A stretch of DNA of 64,000 nucleotides from the human T2T-CHM13v2.0 reference genome, Homo sapiens. The translations under genes were made by a program, and so were the position numbers. Under the pieces are notes generated by a model. The model was not told the DNA's origin. It saw only the letters and a program-made list of their open reading frames with translations, and ran no database searches. This document shows, in pieces, positions 36,871 through 52,069 of the stretch. Every line of letters starts with the position of its first letter. Position 1 is the first letter of the stretch. The stretch is from NCBI RefSeq assembly GCF_009914755.1, contig NC_060930.1; one strand, given 5' to 3'.

Positions 36871-39409
36871 GAGGAGCTGTAGTGTCTCATCTCCCAAGGA
36901 AAGCATGGGGTTGTGCTTGGTGAGCCCAGCAGGGGTGAAAAGCATTCAGGGGAGGAAGAGACTGTGGAGGCTATGGCAGCCCAAGAGGCCTTCTTGACGG
37001 AGGTGGGGCTTGAGCTGGGCCCGGAAGGCTGAGAAGGATCAGGGAAGCGGGGAGGGACAATGAGGGAGAGTAGCATTCCAGGCAGGTAAGCCCACTAGGG
37101 TGAAGGAATATGGAGGTCCTTGCATGGTGGGGACCTTCTGGCTCAGGCAGGCACTTACCATCTCCACCTTATTGTGATAGGCCCACAGGAAGAGTTCCTG
37201 CACTGACTGAATGCAGCATGGAGGGGCCTGGGCCGGGCACTCCGGGATGAGAACAGCACCTGAGAGGAGGTGCCCTCCCTTCCCAGTGCTGACTAAAGCC
37301 ATGGTCCCAGTTGGGCCAGGGGCAGGACAGACCTGAGGCCTGCTGAAGGCGTACCTCTGACCCACCAGGGGCTCCCGGCACCCTCATGGTCTCTGTGGCG
37401 AGACACTCAGGCATTTGCGGGATTCACCTCCTGCTGCCGCTCTGAGCCTAGAGTTCATTTTTATTTATAAGGGTTTATTTGATATTCAGGTTGCAGAAGT
37501 ACGACATATTTCCTGCACAAAATAATAGAAAACACAGAAAATCACCAATAAGACAACTGAGAAAAGTAACCTATCAACTGATATCCCAGAGATTCCACTT
37601 GTTACTTTTTGGTAGAGAGACATCTCTGCTACTGTTTGTTAAGTACTCACCAGGTGGAGATACTGTGCCATGGGCTTCACATTGAGCCCTCATAACTACA
37701 TGAAGAAGGAAGGGCCTTTCATCCCCATTTCATAGCCGAAGAGCTAAGACTTTGAGAGAATTAGTTAAGTTGCCCAGGTTATCTGAATGTTGAGTTTGAG
37801 CTCTTAGTCATTTTGCTATGCTGCTGTTGATTTTATACATATATATATATATATCTCCGTTTATCACATCTTTCTCACTTGACAATAAAAGATGCTTATT
37901 TTCCTACATCACAACATATTCTCCTACAACACATTTTAATGTCAGCATTTGGAGGCATAATGATTTATTAACCCCTTTCCTATCATTGTTTCTAAGTGTT
38001 TTCTCAAATAAGCAAAGCTGCCACAGCATTGTTTTACCCAAAGCCCTGTGCATATCTAGCAATATTTCTTTATGGCAAACCTGTAGTTTAGGGATTGGTG
38101 GTTCAAAGGGTTGGTCTGATTTAAGGGCTTTTGATACAAACTGCCAAACTGCCTACCAAGAGTTTATAACAGTTTATTCTTTCACCTGCATGGGAACAGC
38201 TGTCATTCTACAATCTCACTGGTGTCAGATGTATCTTTTAAAACCTCCTTGCTGATTTGATAGGTGACAAATGGTGACTTGTTTTAGTTTACATTTTTCT
38301 AAGTGAGGCTGGACATTTTCCCTCAAACTCTTTGTGTCTCAGTATCCCAAAGTTCTGCAGTCCCCACTTAGAATCTATTCCCTTTAGAGATTGGGTCTCT
38401 GTCTGTGTTTTTCTATTTAAAATTAAAAAGTGGTGACACCCCAGATCCCTTCTGAGATCAGCAGGAGACACCGAGGCCCCCTACTTCCAGGTTCACCTCC
38501 CAGAAATTCTCCCTAATTAGGCCCTGCATGAAAACACAGAAATGTGCTTTGCTTTCCCCGCTTAAAGTATATTTTTTTCTTTAATACAACATCAAAGAAA
38601 CATTGTTTTTGGGAGGACTTATCCAAAAATTTTACTAGGTATATAAAGCAGCCATTATATACTCTCCTATAGAGAGGGAAAAGGAAAAGAAAGAGAAAAA
38701 GGAAAAGATTCTCACTCCGCAAGACTGTAAAGGGTTTCTCAAGCAAGGGCAGGGCTAACGGGGACCAGCCTGGAAACAGGATCCCTTCTGTCCCAGGGCA
38801 GCCACTTGGAATTCCTAGTCCTCATCAGGAATTGGGATGTAGCTTAGTCAGTGAGGGTAGAAACTGAATTAGAGAAGAAATAGAAAATCCAATTGCTCAT
38901 GAAGGAATCCAGACTGCAAACAATGCTAAATGCTGCCTCCCTTGTCAGTCCACATATGGATAACTGCAGAAATGAATGTCCCAGGGGCCCTGGCTTAATG
39001 TTTCAGGCTCCTGCCCTTGGCATCATCTAACAAAGAGCCCGTAGCAGGTTTGCACTAAAGAGCTGACCCTAGCAGTGAATTCCTAAAGTACCAACAGTTA
39101 CTGGCTGGAAAGCAGGCAGCCTGGTGGCATGTGGGGGGCAAGATTCCCCTGACCTTGCCTTCTCTCTGGAGTGCGGAGTGCATGTTTGGAAGCTTCCACA
39201 TTAGCATGGCTCACATTCAGCACCAGACCCTGGCCAGGGTGGCATGGGCAGTGAGCACTGTGGCCACACACATGTGAATGTAGGGATGTGTATTCCCTTG
39301 ATGCCCTGCCCCTACTGCTGAGCAAGTCATCTGGAAGCACACAGACATCTGCCAGTTGCTTTAACAAAGTATGTTGGCAAGTGATCCATCTAGTAATATT
39401 CCTGGCTCA

Positions 39410-39880
39410 GTAGACAGTAGTGTACAGTAGTTAATAACCAGTACACTACATCACTAAGAACCAGCTATGTCACCTACCATCTGGGATACCTTTGGCAAGT
39501 TACTTAAGCACTCAAAATTTCACTTTCCTCACCTCTGAAATATAGATAATAAAGGTTCCTAAATCATATGGAGGGTGGCTGCCTCAGTGAATGGTGATCT
39601 CATTCCTCCAGTTCGCTCAGGTCAAAACCTGGTTGATCTCCATGGTCCTTCTCTCAGACTCCATCTACAATCTAGCAGTACATCTTGCCAGCTCTGCCTT
39701 CAAAATATCAACATATATTCAGGATCTTACCATCTCCATTGCTCCTCTCTTGTTCAAGCCACCATCATTTCTTGCCTACATCATCTTATTAGCTTCTTAG
39801 TAAGTTCTCCATTTCTACCCTTGCCCTCCTGCAGTCTATTCTCCACACAGCAACCAGAGTGATTCTTGTTAAAACATAAA
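39410..39880 (+). mobile_element. MIR fragment followed by an L2 fragment
   Basis: ggcaagttacttaagc...tttcctcacctctgaaa (MIR); tcaagccaccatcatttcttgcc...ccacacagcaaccagagtgat (L2). Confidence 0.6.
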
Positions 39881-39889
39881 GTTAGTCTT

Positions 39890-41680
39890 TCTCTTGTATT
39901 ACTTGCTCTTGGGGAAGTTAGATGTCATGTTGTCACGACACTCAAATAGCCTGTAGAGAGGGCCATTTGGTGAGGAACTGAGCCTCCTGCTAACTCCCAT
40001 GTGTGGGAGCCATCCAGCTTCAGTCAAGCCTTTTAGTGACTTCGGCTCCTGCCAACATTCTGACTATAGCTACATGAGAGGCCCCAAGTAAGAACCTCTC
40101 AGCTAAACTGCCCCTGAATTTCTGAACCACAGATACTGTGTCATAATAAATGTTTTGGGGTTAATTTGTTACATGACAATCAAGAATACAGGTTTTTGGT
40201 ATCTGCAAGAGGGGGTTGCCATAACAAATACCTACAGAAGTTGAAGTGGCTTTGGAACCAGGAGGTAAATGGAAGCTGGAAGGACATTAAAGAGAGTGCT
40301 GCTGAAAGCCTGAAGTGCCTTGAACAGTCTGGATGAGAAGGCTGCTGATAGGCCCTAACAGGAACAAAGGAACATGTTACTGGAAGCTGGATAAAGGGAA
40401 ATCCTGAATACATAGTGGCAGAAAGGGTAGCAAAAGTGTCACCTAGAGTCATGTGGAAATAGAAAATGCACCTAATGAACTGTGTGATCTAGTAAGGATA
40501 TTTCCAGCTAGAGTGTTAGAAGTTTCACCTGATTCATGATGCTTCTACTAAAATGCGACAGGAGGGAGATAAGCTAAGAGGAGTAAGGACTTGTGATTTA
40601 GACACTTCCTAACATCTCTAGATGCCAAATGATGCTAAAAATTAAGAAATATCTTTTAACTAAAGATCAAATCAAGGGCACTGCTGGGAAAACATGGTCC
40701 AAAAATAAAGCTGAGGCTGTGGCTGTAAAATTCATTGTTAAGATTTCAGAAAAGATCTAAGAGATGCCTTAGAGTACCATTCAGATAGACAAAAAGTGCT
40801 AAAGTGTTTTAGCACCTTTTGCTAAAGTTTCTAAGAAGCTTAAGAGTAAAGCTAACTGATTGCAGTAGAAGCCCAGGGTAGAGAAGGGCTTATCTCAAAG
40901 AGATTTATATGTATGTGGCTTTTGTCTAATGGAGAAAACCCCCAATGACATTCATAGGAAAGCTACAAGTTTTTAGATAATAATCACAAAAACATATCCG
41001 GCTTGTACTGAAAGGGACAGAATTAGTACAAAATAAATAAAGGCCTTTGGACCACAAAATTCTGGCAGGAATCAGGGTGAGACAAAAAACAAAAATAAAG
41101 AAAAAAAGAATGACTCACAAGGGGAAATCAAGAGCACAGGGGCTGGAACTAACAGCCTGGATGTTAGAGTCAAAATCCAAGGAGAATTGTTCTCTGGCTT
41201 TTGACTCAATCAGAAGTAAGACTGATTCCTAATCAGGGAATTTGCCCCCATGAGATTTCAGAATTGCTATGGGCCAGTGACTCCTTTGTACCTCCCATTT
41301 CCCCTGCTTTTGAACAGGAATTCCTGTAGAAATTATCCTATCCATGTTCCAACATCAAGTGTTGGGGGAGGAAGGGATAACTTGTCTGTCTAGTTTGAAG
41401 GTTTTAAAATCAAAAGTAGCGTATTCAAGGAGCTTGCTTAAGGAACTACCCTCAAAGGAACCCCATGAGCACCTAGACCTCATTTAGATGAAGGGATTCT
41501 GAACTTTGATCTGAAGCCATAATGGTATGAGACTTTTGGGAAACTTGGAAAGGGGGAAGTGTATTTTGCATGTGGGAGGGAAGTGAATTTTGGAAGGCTA
41601 GAGGGTAGACTGGGATAGCCTGCCTCAAAGATGCCCTCCTACTCAGACTCATGTCACTTACAAGTGCCCCTAAGTGTGAC
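39890..41680 (+). mobile_element. MaLR MLT1(F-like) provirus remnant: 5' LTR part, ~1.4-kb internal region, start of 3' LTR
   Basis: LTR end ...aagaataca at 40190 is followed directly by the MLT-int start (ttttggtatct...gtggctttggaac); purine-rich end ...agagggtagac precedes TG at 41611. Confidence 0.65.
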
Positions 41681-41699
41681 TGTTGTACCCCTGACTGAT

Positions 41700-41928
41700 A
41701 GTGGGATATAAGAGGCTAGTATCCTTTTGTGTAAGTGGCATACATTTTAGGTGGTAATTCATACTTCAGAGCTCCCCACGGGATCAGACAGACTAGACTT
41801 CCTCTGAACCCATTTCTTTGCCTATCTTCTTCCCTTGTCCTATCCTGCTTTATTCACTCCCTCAATAAAACATTTATACACAGAATTCTTGCCTCAGGTT
41901 CTGCTTCTAAGAAACTCAACCTAAAACA
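41700..41928 (+). mobile_element. LTR16-like 3' fragment
   Basis: cagagctcccc...cactccctcaataaaa...ctcaggttctgcttcta...aacctaaaaca. Confidence 0.5.
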
Positions 41929-42299
41929 CCTAATAATTATAAAGTGGTGCTTGTTCAAGACATGTTTACTTCCTAATGGAATTTTGGGGCATTTTGTGAA
42001 ATCGTCATGGATATCAGGAAAAAAAAGAATGAAACAGCCTTAAATCCAAAGTTAAACAGCCTTAAATCCAAAGTTGAGATATTCATGGTTGAGGTAACAT
42101 TGGCAATCTTTGTTTGTTTTATTTGCTTGTTTTGTTTTTTCTGTTGAACTTGAGGAGCAGAGTAGAGGTAATTGTACTCCCTAGTTGGTAGTACACTGTC
42201 TTCACTAGCCTGGGCAAGCCCTTCTCTTGTTGCATTTTATTCCATTTCCCCCTTCTCTCTGACTCACGTTCTTATTTATTCTGAATATTCACCCTAATG

Positions 42300-44650
42300 C
42301 ATTGGAATGATTTGGATATCCTTAAATTTGTTTGTATCTTTGTAAAATATGTACTGTTTTGTGTATACATGTTTTTAATTTGCATAAACAGAAATATGCT
42401 ATAATTTTTGTTCTGCTTCATATTTTTTTACTCAGCACTGTGTTTTGAGGACTATCCATGTGATTATATGTTCATTTAGCTCATTGCTTCTTACTGTTGC
42501 ATGATATCAGCTCTTTAAGTTAATTTTAATATAGTCAAGTTTGTCAGTATGATCCTATATAGTTTGCATTTACCTGTCTTGTTAAATAATTCCTTCCTGG
42601 CTCTGAGATCATAGAGATAGCCTCTCCCATTGTCTTCTGAAAGATGTAAACTTTTGCCTTTCACAGGTTTTTAACCCACCCAAAGTTGGTGTTTTTTTTT
42701 AATGTAGAGTGTGAGGTAAGGCTCTAAGTTTATTTTTATCTCACATAGATAACACATTGTCTTAGTTATATTGATCAGTCCACCCTGCAATGCCTGTTTT
42801 GTATTGGGTTTGGTCCTGGGTTGATTATTCTCTTCCACAGGTCTCTTCGTCTCTTCTTGTGCTAATACCGCACTGTCTTCATTTTTATAGCTTTATTGAA
42901 AGTTTTGATATTTGGTAGGACAAGTCCCTCCATTTTGTTTTTCATCTTTAAGTTATTTTTGACTTTTGTTCTTCCATATAAATTTTTAGAACCACCTTGT
43001 TTAGTTGCTGTCCCCCTGCCACCACTGTCATATACACACACGTAATGAGATTTTGCTTGCACTTGCATTGACTGTGCATCAACTGAGGAGAATATTGACA
43101 ACTTCAGGATCTAGAGTCTTCCTATTTAAGTACAGTCATCTTAATTAGGTCTTTTTTGTATCTCTTAATACATGTTTATAACTTTATCTGTAGAGGACTT
43201 TCACATCTTTGGTAGATTTATTTCTGGATATATTTTTGTTGCTATTCTAAGTGCAGTGTTTTATTACATTGTCTAGCTGTTTTTACTGGAATATAGAAAG
43301 GGAATCAGCTTACGTATTAGGTTGGTGCAAAAGTAGTTGTGGTTTTTGCTATAATATCACTTTTAAAGTCTATTTTATTAACTCTAATATTTATCTCAAG
43401 ATTATTTTGAGTTTTCTAAATGGAAAACCAAATCATCTGCAAATAATGGTAATTTTGTTTCTTTCCAATCCTGACATTTCTTTATGTGTCCTGTGGAGAT
43501 GGCTGGACAGCATTGAACAGGAGTAGAAAGGGACAGCCCCATGTTTCTGCCATCACAAAGGGAGGGCTTCTGCGATTTCAGGGAATGCGTTTGCTGCAGG
43601 TTCTTTGTGGATATTCTTGATCAGATTCAAGAACAGGTCTTCGGATCCTAGTTTGCAAAAAGCTTTTGTTTTCCCATTGTCAATTTTTGAATTTTACCTA
43701 ATGCTTTATAAGGAATTCATTGCTTTAAAAAGCAATGAGATGATCATAAGGGTTTTCCTCCTTTAATATAACATTAATGTAATGATTTATTAATTGTTAA
43801 TATAATTATATAATTAATAGATTCTAACTTGGCCAGGATGTATTGTTTTAAAATTTATTTCTAATAAAATATTTGTTTGCTAATCTTTTGTTCAGAATGT
43901 TTGGAGTGAGATTGTCCTGTAATATTTTTGCTTGTACTATGCTGTCATTTGCATTGATCTCTTTTTAGTCTCCTCGGTAAATTGGAGATGGGAGAATAAA
44001 TTGCTCTTATTCCATTATTTTATTTGTATTGGAATGATCAATTCTTTAAATGATTTATAGAAGTTACTGTAAAGCCTTTTGGACTGTGGTTGTCTTTTTA
44101 CTGCTATTTTTAAACTAGTAATTTAATTTCCTTAGTACTTATAAGATTACCCTGGTTCTTTATTTTTGCTTGAGTCACTTTTGGCAACTTGTATTTTTCT
44201 AAGAATTTATCTATTTCATTTTATCTGAATTTTTAAATTTACAGACATAAAGTTGTTCATAGTATCCTCTTATTATCTGTTAATCTCTACAGGATGTGTG
44301 GGTCATGTTCCATTTTTCATTCCTAAAATGGAGCGCTTTAGCGCCCTGTCTTTTTTTCTTGATTCATCTTGCCGAGGTTTACCTTTTCTAAGAACCCGCT
44401 TTTGACTTTGTTGATTCTGTTATCTATTTTCTGGTTCCTTAACTTCTACCTTAAGTTTTATTTCCTGCTTTCTTCTTCCTGTGGGCTGAGTGGTTCTTTT
44501 TCTGACTTCTTAAGTGGGAAGGCTGTCACTCATCTCGGTCCTTCCTTACTCTCTGAGGTAAGCATGTACAGTGTCCTGGCCCGTGCGTTGCTCTTAGCTG
44601 CAGTCCTGAGTTCTGATATGGTATGCGTGCCCCTCATTTTTCTTATCCAC
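42300..44650 (-). mobile_element. Ancient L1M fragments (with a half MADE1 at about 43317-43350)
   Basis: T-rich degenerate ORF2; minus-strand peptide KNKMEGLVLPNIKTFNKAIKMKTVRY is L1 ORF2-like; ttaggttggtgcaaaagtagttgtggtttttgc is one mariner TIR. Confidence 0.65.
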
Positions 44651-47249
44651 TCCCCTAGAGGTTAACATTTGGGATTCTCTTAACTCTCCATCACCAAAGT
44701 AATACCACACAAACATTTCTGTACATATCCCCTTACCAAACTGTGTAAAAAGGATTGCTTGAGCTTGGAGAACCCCATACTTGGTTTTCTTTAAATATTG
44801 CCAGATTTCTTTGCAGTGCGACTGTGCCTGTGCCCATTCCCACCAGTGGTTCCTGTGTCCTCACATCCAAGCACTGAGACATTTAAACAAGACCAGGTGA
44901 GCCTTCAGGTGGCATCAGAATGCCTTCACACTACCTCTACTACCCAAGTAGAGGAGGATCGGGGAGGCTGTCTAATCCCGAGATGTGCCACACCAGCCAC
45001 TGCTGACCCGCGTCAAAGGACGCGGTGAGGAATGGGGAGAACAGCTTGAGCGGAGTCTGCTGTAACAACTGAAGCACTTTGAGTCCCAGAGGTGAGACTC
45101 TTTGTGGAGGGCCTGAGGCCTTGCTTGTGGGTGAGGAAGGCTCTGTCAAGGACAGAGAGCTAGCTCCGGCCCCAGGCTGTTTTCTGTCGTCTGGTGCCAC
45201 CCAGGATTTTATGAAGGGCTCCATCTCCTCCTTTCCACAAGCCCCATTCCACATCCTTGACCCTAACCCATGGCCTATTTCACCTCTATTCCCATCTTCT
45301 CAGGCTCCCGCCAACTCTATGTCACCAGTGACTCAGCACATGCGCAGATGCCCACTGGAAGGGCCACTCGAGCCCAGCATGATGACAGGGTTGCCCCAGG
45401 GGCAGCTTCCTGGAAGATGTTTTAAAGACAGAGCCCGAATCCCAAGCCCTCTTGTGATCTTAATTTGTGGCTTTGTCTGATGGACTCGCTTCCCTCTGCA
45501 TCTTCCTCTGGCTGTTTATTTGGGTAAAGGATATTCTCCTCCCTTTCATGTCTGAGCGGTTTCCTCCTGCGAGTGTTCACTGGGAGGTCTTCTGCATGCT
45601 GCTCTGCGGGGAGGGGTGGGTTCTTCTTCTGAGAAGGGAGCCCTTGGGTGGGGGTCGGCCAGACCTTGTCTTGGGGCTGCACCCTGTGAGGCCCAGTTTG
45701 CCCAGTAGGCAATCCCAGCAGATCTGACTCTCAGCAGATCTCCTTGGACTTGGGCTAATAAGATTTTTCCTTTAAAAGGAACTTTCCATTGTTTGTTTTA
45801 AAAGTGAAATAAGCATTTTTTCCAACCGCAGAGGCGATGCTGAAGGAGCCTGTAATTTCTAGGATCCAAGACTGGAACTTAAAAACAAGAAGAATAAAAG
45901 GGGGGAAAAAGCTGTCCAATTAAAATGGGCCTCTTTCCTCCTCCCCTCAGGCTTTCTCCCGTCTTCAGCCTTCATCCTGGGGAGTCAGCAGGACTCTTAT
46001 TTTTCCCTTCCACCCCAAACTCTCATGAGCAAATTCTGACATTTTCTTTTCACCAATAAAGATACACCTGCAGCTGATTAGAGGAACTGGGTTGAATCTG
46101 AAGTTGAAAACGAAGTCCCAATGCCATTCAGTTCAGTGCACACCTACTATGTGCCATGCAGTAACTACTGAGCACTTGCCCACAGCACGCCCCACTCTAG
46201 GGCGCAAGCAGGGCTTACACAGCCTGGTAGGGAAGATAGGGAGGGAGGCGAATATGCACAGCACAGAGTGAGGAGAATGAAATCATTGATGGGAAGGAGT
46301 GGGGAGCTCAGAGATGGGCCTGATGAACTGTTGTGTGGTGTTTTTGTTTGTCTTTCTTTTCCTTTTTTCCTCCCAGAGCAGAACAGTGGGTGCATACCAG
46401 GCAGGGTACCAAGGTGACAAAGACATAATCGCTGCTGTAAGGGGACGATAGTCTTTGGGGGATCCACTCACAAATCTGGATCAAGGCAGGCAGACTGAGT
46501 CCTAAGTAAGTTGTATGACACAGTGGTGAGCACAGTGCCATGAGAGTCTAAGGAGAGGGAGAGATGATTTGAGACTGGGGAGGAAGGGTTTCAGAGGAAG
46601 CCAGAAGAATCCCTTCTCTTAAAACCCAGGAGAAGAAGGTACCCCACCTGGGCAGACACCTGACACAGGTCTATGAGGTTGCTGCAAGGCATCAGAGCAG
46701 TAAGGGGCTGGAGGGAGTGAGGGCCCTCTGCAGTCGTGAGGGGGCTGCCAGGCATTGCTCAGAAGAGCTCAGAGCTGACCTGGCCCGAGCACTCAAGTTC
46801 ATTACCAGTCCTGATTCTACCTTCCAGACTTTGCAGCACTTGGCTGGAAAGTTTATGAGAACTGGCTTATTCTCTGGTGTCTTGGCACTTTCCCTTCATG
46901 TCCTGATTGGAACCAGGGAGGCTCTAAGTGCAAACGTTTTTGTACCTTAGAGTAAATTATATCTGCGTTCCTGGAGAAGGCCGTGGTGAAAGTGTCTCTT
47001 GTTTCCAGTGGCCCCACTCTCCCCCTCAGGAGACCCAAATTCCAAGTCGGCGCTACTATAAAGTTGATGAATGCATGCCAGGCCCTAATCCAATATGCAA
47101 TTGCCCTTCTTTTCTCCTCTCCTTTCTGCAGGGAAAGGAAGCTGGATTTTTTAATAAGGTAATAGCACCTCTTTTATATTTTCCTTTCATAAATTATAAA
47201 GAATTGAAAGCAGAATAAGGCAGCAGCTTGGCATAATGGAAAGATTACT

Positions 47250-47850
47250 GAACGGGGTGGGAGTGTAAATTGGTACAACCACTTTTGGAGAGCAAATTGG
47301 CAATATCTAGTAAAGCTGAAGCCCAGCAGTTCTTCTCTCAGGTGGATTCCCTAGAGAAACTCTGGGCCACGTGTCTAGGGGCATTGCAGCATTGACAGAA
47401 ATAGCAACACACTGGGAAAAAAATGAGTCCATCAATAGGAAAATGGAAAACTGTGTCCCCCAAATACTTATTGCAACATTATTTGTAACAGTGAAAGAAA
47501 CAGAACTAAATACCCATCAATAAAGGGATAAATAAATTACGGTACCTGAGTAGTTTGAACGAATGAACCAGCCCTGCATTTACCAACATGGTTTTAAATC
47601 TCAAGAACATAATGGCCATTTGGAGGACTTGTACAGGATAGTGATGTTTATATGAAGTTTTAAAACATACAAGATGATTCTATGTACTGTTTATGTATAC
47701 ATACATATGTTGTAGAAGTATAAAAACACTTGGAAATGTTAAATACCAAATTCAGGTAACCTCGGGGGAAAAGGAGTGGGGAATGGAATTAGGGGAGGGT
47801 ACACAGGGACTCTCAATTGTGTTATAATGCTTCATTTAAAAACAAAAGAT
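47250..47850 (+). mobile_element. Old L1M (ME/MC-like) 3' fragment
   Basis: gtaaattggtacaaccacttttggagagcaaattggcaatatc is L1M-like. Confidence 0.55.
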
Positions 47851-47851
47851 A

Positions 47852-48094
47852 TACACTTTGGGAGGGCCTGAGGTGGGAGGATGGCTTGAGGCTAGGAGTT
47901 CAAGACCAGCCTGGGCAGTGTAGTGAGACTCATCTCTACAAAAAATTTAAAAATTAGCTGGGTTTGGTAGTCGCAGCTACTCAGGAGGCTTAGATGGGAG
48001 GACTGCTTGAGCCCAGGAGTTTGAGGCTGCAGTGAGCTATGATTGCATCACTGTAATCCAGCCTGGGCAACAGAGTGAGACCCTGTCTCAAAAA
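47852..48094 (+). mobile_element. AluJ (partial)
   Basis: gcttgagcccaggagtttgaggctgcagtgagctatgatt diagnostics. Confidence 0.85.
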
Positions 48095-48929
48095 GTAGGC
48101 AATTTTTGCAAAATATAAAAATTGAACAGGGCTGGGAGGTGGGTATGTTACTATACTTTTCTGCATGCAGGGGCCCTGGTTGCACCCCAGATTTGCCACT
48201 AATTCACTATGTGACTTTGGGCAAGCCATACCTCTCTTTAGGTCTCAGTTTCCTCATCTGTAGAATGAGAGGTTTGGCCAGATCATCCAGTGTCCCTTTT
48301 GTGGCTCAAAGAATTGAAAGGAAGCTTAGGGGTGCTTATGTCATGAGCTTCCTGAGCAAGTGTCCAACGAGACTGGGGAAAGGCAAGTCAGTAGAGAGCG
48401 CCTCTCTCAGGAAGGAGGCTGGCCTGGCATCTTCCTGAGCCTGCTCATGTCCTCAAACTAGGGAGCTGCCCAGAGTATGGAGGGCAGAACTCTCACCACT
48501 CACACAGTTCACCACTCAGCTTTCCTAGTGGCCCAAGGGCAGACAGGCAGGATTGCTGAACTGGGCGTCTGGTGATCAGGACTCCAGACCCAAATCCTAT
48601 TAACTGGCTGTGTGACCTTGGAAAATTACTTCATTCTTTGCTTCATTAGTGAAAAAAGTAAGAATGGTACTCCTCCTTGTCCCCCGCTCCCCCAAGGAGG
48701 GGGCGTTGTGACAATTGAACCCTGTGAAATTACTGTAGAATGGAAGGCACTGCTGTCTTTGTCCTCTCCCAAATCCTCAAATCTGGATTTTCTTCTATTA
48801 ATATAACAGTTTGTCTTACCCAATCTGGACAAAGGGTTCCCTCCCTGCTCTACCCACTCTGCTCTTCCACTCCTAACCTGCACTTACTTTTGGAACAGAA
48901 AGACTGTCCCCAGCTACATAGGAGTTTGT

Positions 48930-50150
<1,221 letters not shown>

Positions 50151-52069
50151 AGAAAAGAAGAGAGAAATAATGACTGGATTGGTGGTGTGGAGTCCCTGAA
50201 GACCTCAATAGGAGATGAGGAAGACTTGGAAGATGGGTTTTGGAGTGGGGAGGAGTTGGAGCACGTGCTCCCATACTTCTTAGGGAGGAGGCAGCAGGCC
50301 ATGTGACTCCACGCCCGGCCACAGATGAGAGGCACAGGAATAGACTTTACCCAAGTAGAGCCAGTTGGATTGTCTGTTCCAGGACAGAGGCCTCAAGATG
50401 CCGTGACTCCAGTTGATTGATCAGTGCCTCTGGGCCTGGAGTGCCTGTTTTTGTGCTAAATATAAGAGGGCAGTGGTTCACCAATATCCTTGCTTAGGTA
50501 AAGATCCTAGGATTCAGTTCTATGCCAGAGACGGTGCTGGGGCCTTTACTTCCACACTCTGCCTCCTTCTGCGTGTCATTTCTCTTTGGGGAGCTCATGA
50601 GTGTCCTGTGCCATTACATTAAATGCAAATTAGAATAGGGTGAACAGCGTGTTAGAACATTACTCCTGCTGGAACAATTGTCAGGCCATGTGCAGGCTGC
50701 CGTCAATGGGAGAGCCTTGCTGACCAATGAGGCTACCCAGTGAGCTTCTGGATAGGCAAAGAATGGTGACCGGAAGCCTGTGGGTGTTGACTTGACAGTT
50801 TCTGGACAAGACTCTACTTCCACTTTCCCACTCTGGCTCCTGCCAGTTTGCCTCATCATGTTCCCGTGGTGCCATCCATTTTGCAGCCTGTGGAACCATT
50901 CACCTCTGGGGTCTGCTGGTCTCTTTCCACACCTAATAATCTGTGCCATCAGTCTGGATTATGGCATCAGTCCTGTTCAGGATTTTGCCTTTTGTGTTTC
51001 CATACCACAAAACTGATTAAGGCCCAGCAGACTCTTTTGCTTCCACATTCGCTTGGTTCTTGCCAATCAAAAGCCCTGGCTTTCAAGACTAACGTTTTTG
51101 CCATCAGTGTCAGAAGTCTCTTTTCCAAAAGTAGGCATGGAGGAGGGTTTCTTTGTTTCCCTTCCTTTTAGATTGACAGCCCCAACATTCCCTGAACAAT
51201 GGATGCCACTGTCTGAACAGGATCAGGTCTAAAGAAAGTTAATTATTCAAGATGTGATCTGACCTCATAAGAGAGAGGATGCTGGTGGGCAGAACTAACG
51301 GAGAGAGTAAAAGAGGTGCAGGGTTAAAGAGGAAGGGGAGACTCTGAGAGGCTGTGTGGGGAATGAGAGGGAGAAAGATGTTGCTGTGTTTCCTATAGCT
51401 AGCTGGTTCCAGCTCAGCCCCTTATTAGATCTGCCTTATTTACTGCCCTGACTCCTTACACCAAACTCACTTTTCCTTAAGCCAGTGTGAGTAGGCCTTT
51501 CTTTCTTGCCCACTGAGGCAGTGTGAATGACCCAGGGAGCTCATTTGGCTGATGTGTGCGCCAATGAAGCTGGTGACCACACAGATACTTTTCATGGGGC
51601 AGGGTGTGGCAAATGCTTTTATAGACATTTAATCCTCACTCTCAGAGACAAGTCAGAGCTCACAGTCACTTCCACTGCCAAAGGAGTGTGTGAGTTCAAT
51701 GAATTGGGTTTTAATTCTGCCATCTTTCTGGGTTTGCTGTAGTTTCTTGCATAGAGGTCAAGTTCTTAGAGCATGGAGGCTATATCTAGTGATCACGGCC
51801 ACAGTAGATGCTCAAGAAATGTTTAGTAAATTGTTGATTAGTTTTTTTCTAGAGAGCGCCTTTTACTTCTAGTTCAGTGCACCCAGAAAGCACTCAGCAC
51901 CAAAAAAGGGAGCCTGGGAGCCATCTCCCTAACCCAAGACATGTGTCACTCTTGGTGGTCGCAGGTCTGAGACCTCCAATCTCATGCCACACCACAAAAC
52001 CACTCTTCCATTGTCTCCCACAAGCCCTTCTTCTTCCTTTGCTCACTACCTACCCTGTAGTAGTTTTTA

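Noticed and set aside
44798-45727. Cluster of overlapping 76-133 aa ORFs
   Set aside because: Expected by chance at this GC content; no recognisable domain or splice structure.
50616-50630. Octamer ATGCAAAT as a SOX-OCT composite
   Set aside because: The SOX half-site is poor and mis-spaced; a single octamer is expected by chance.
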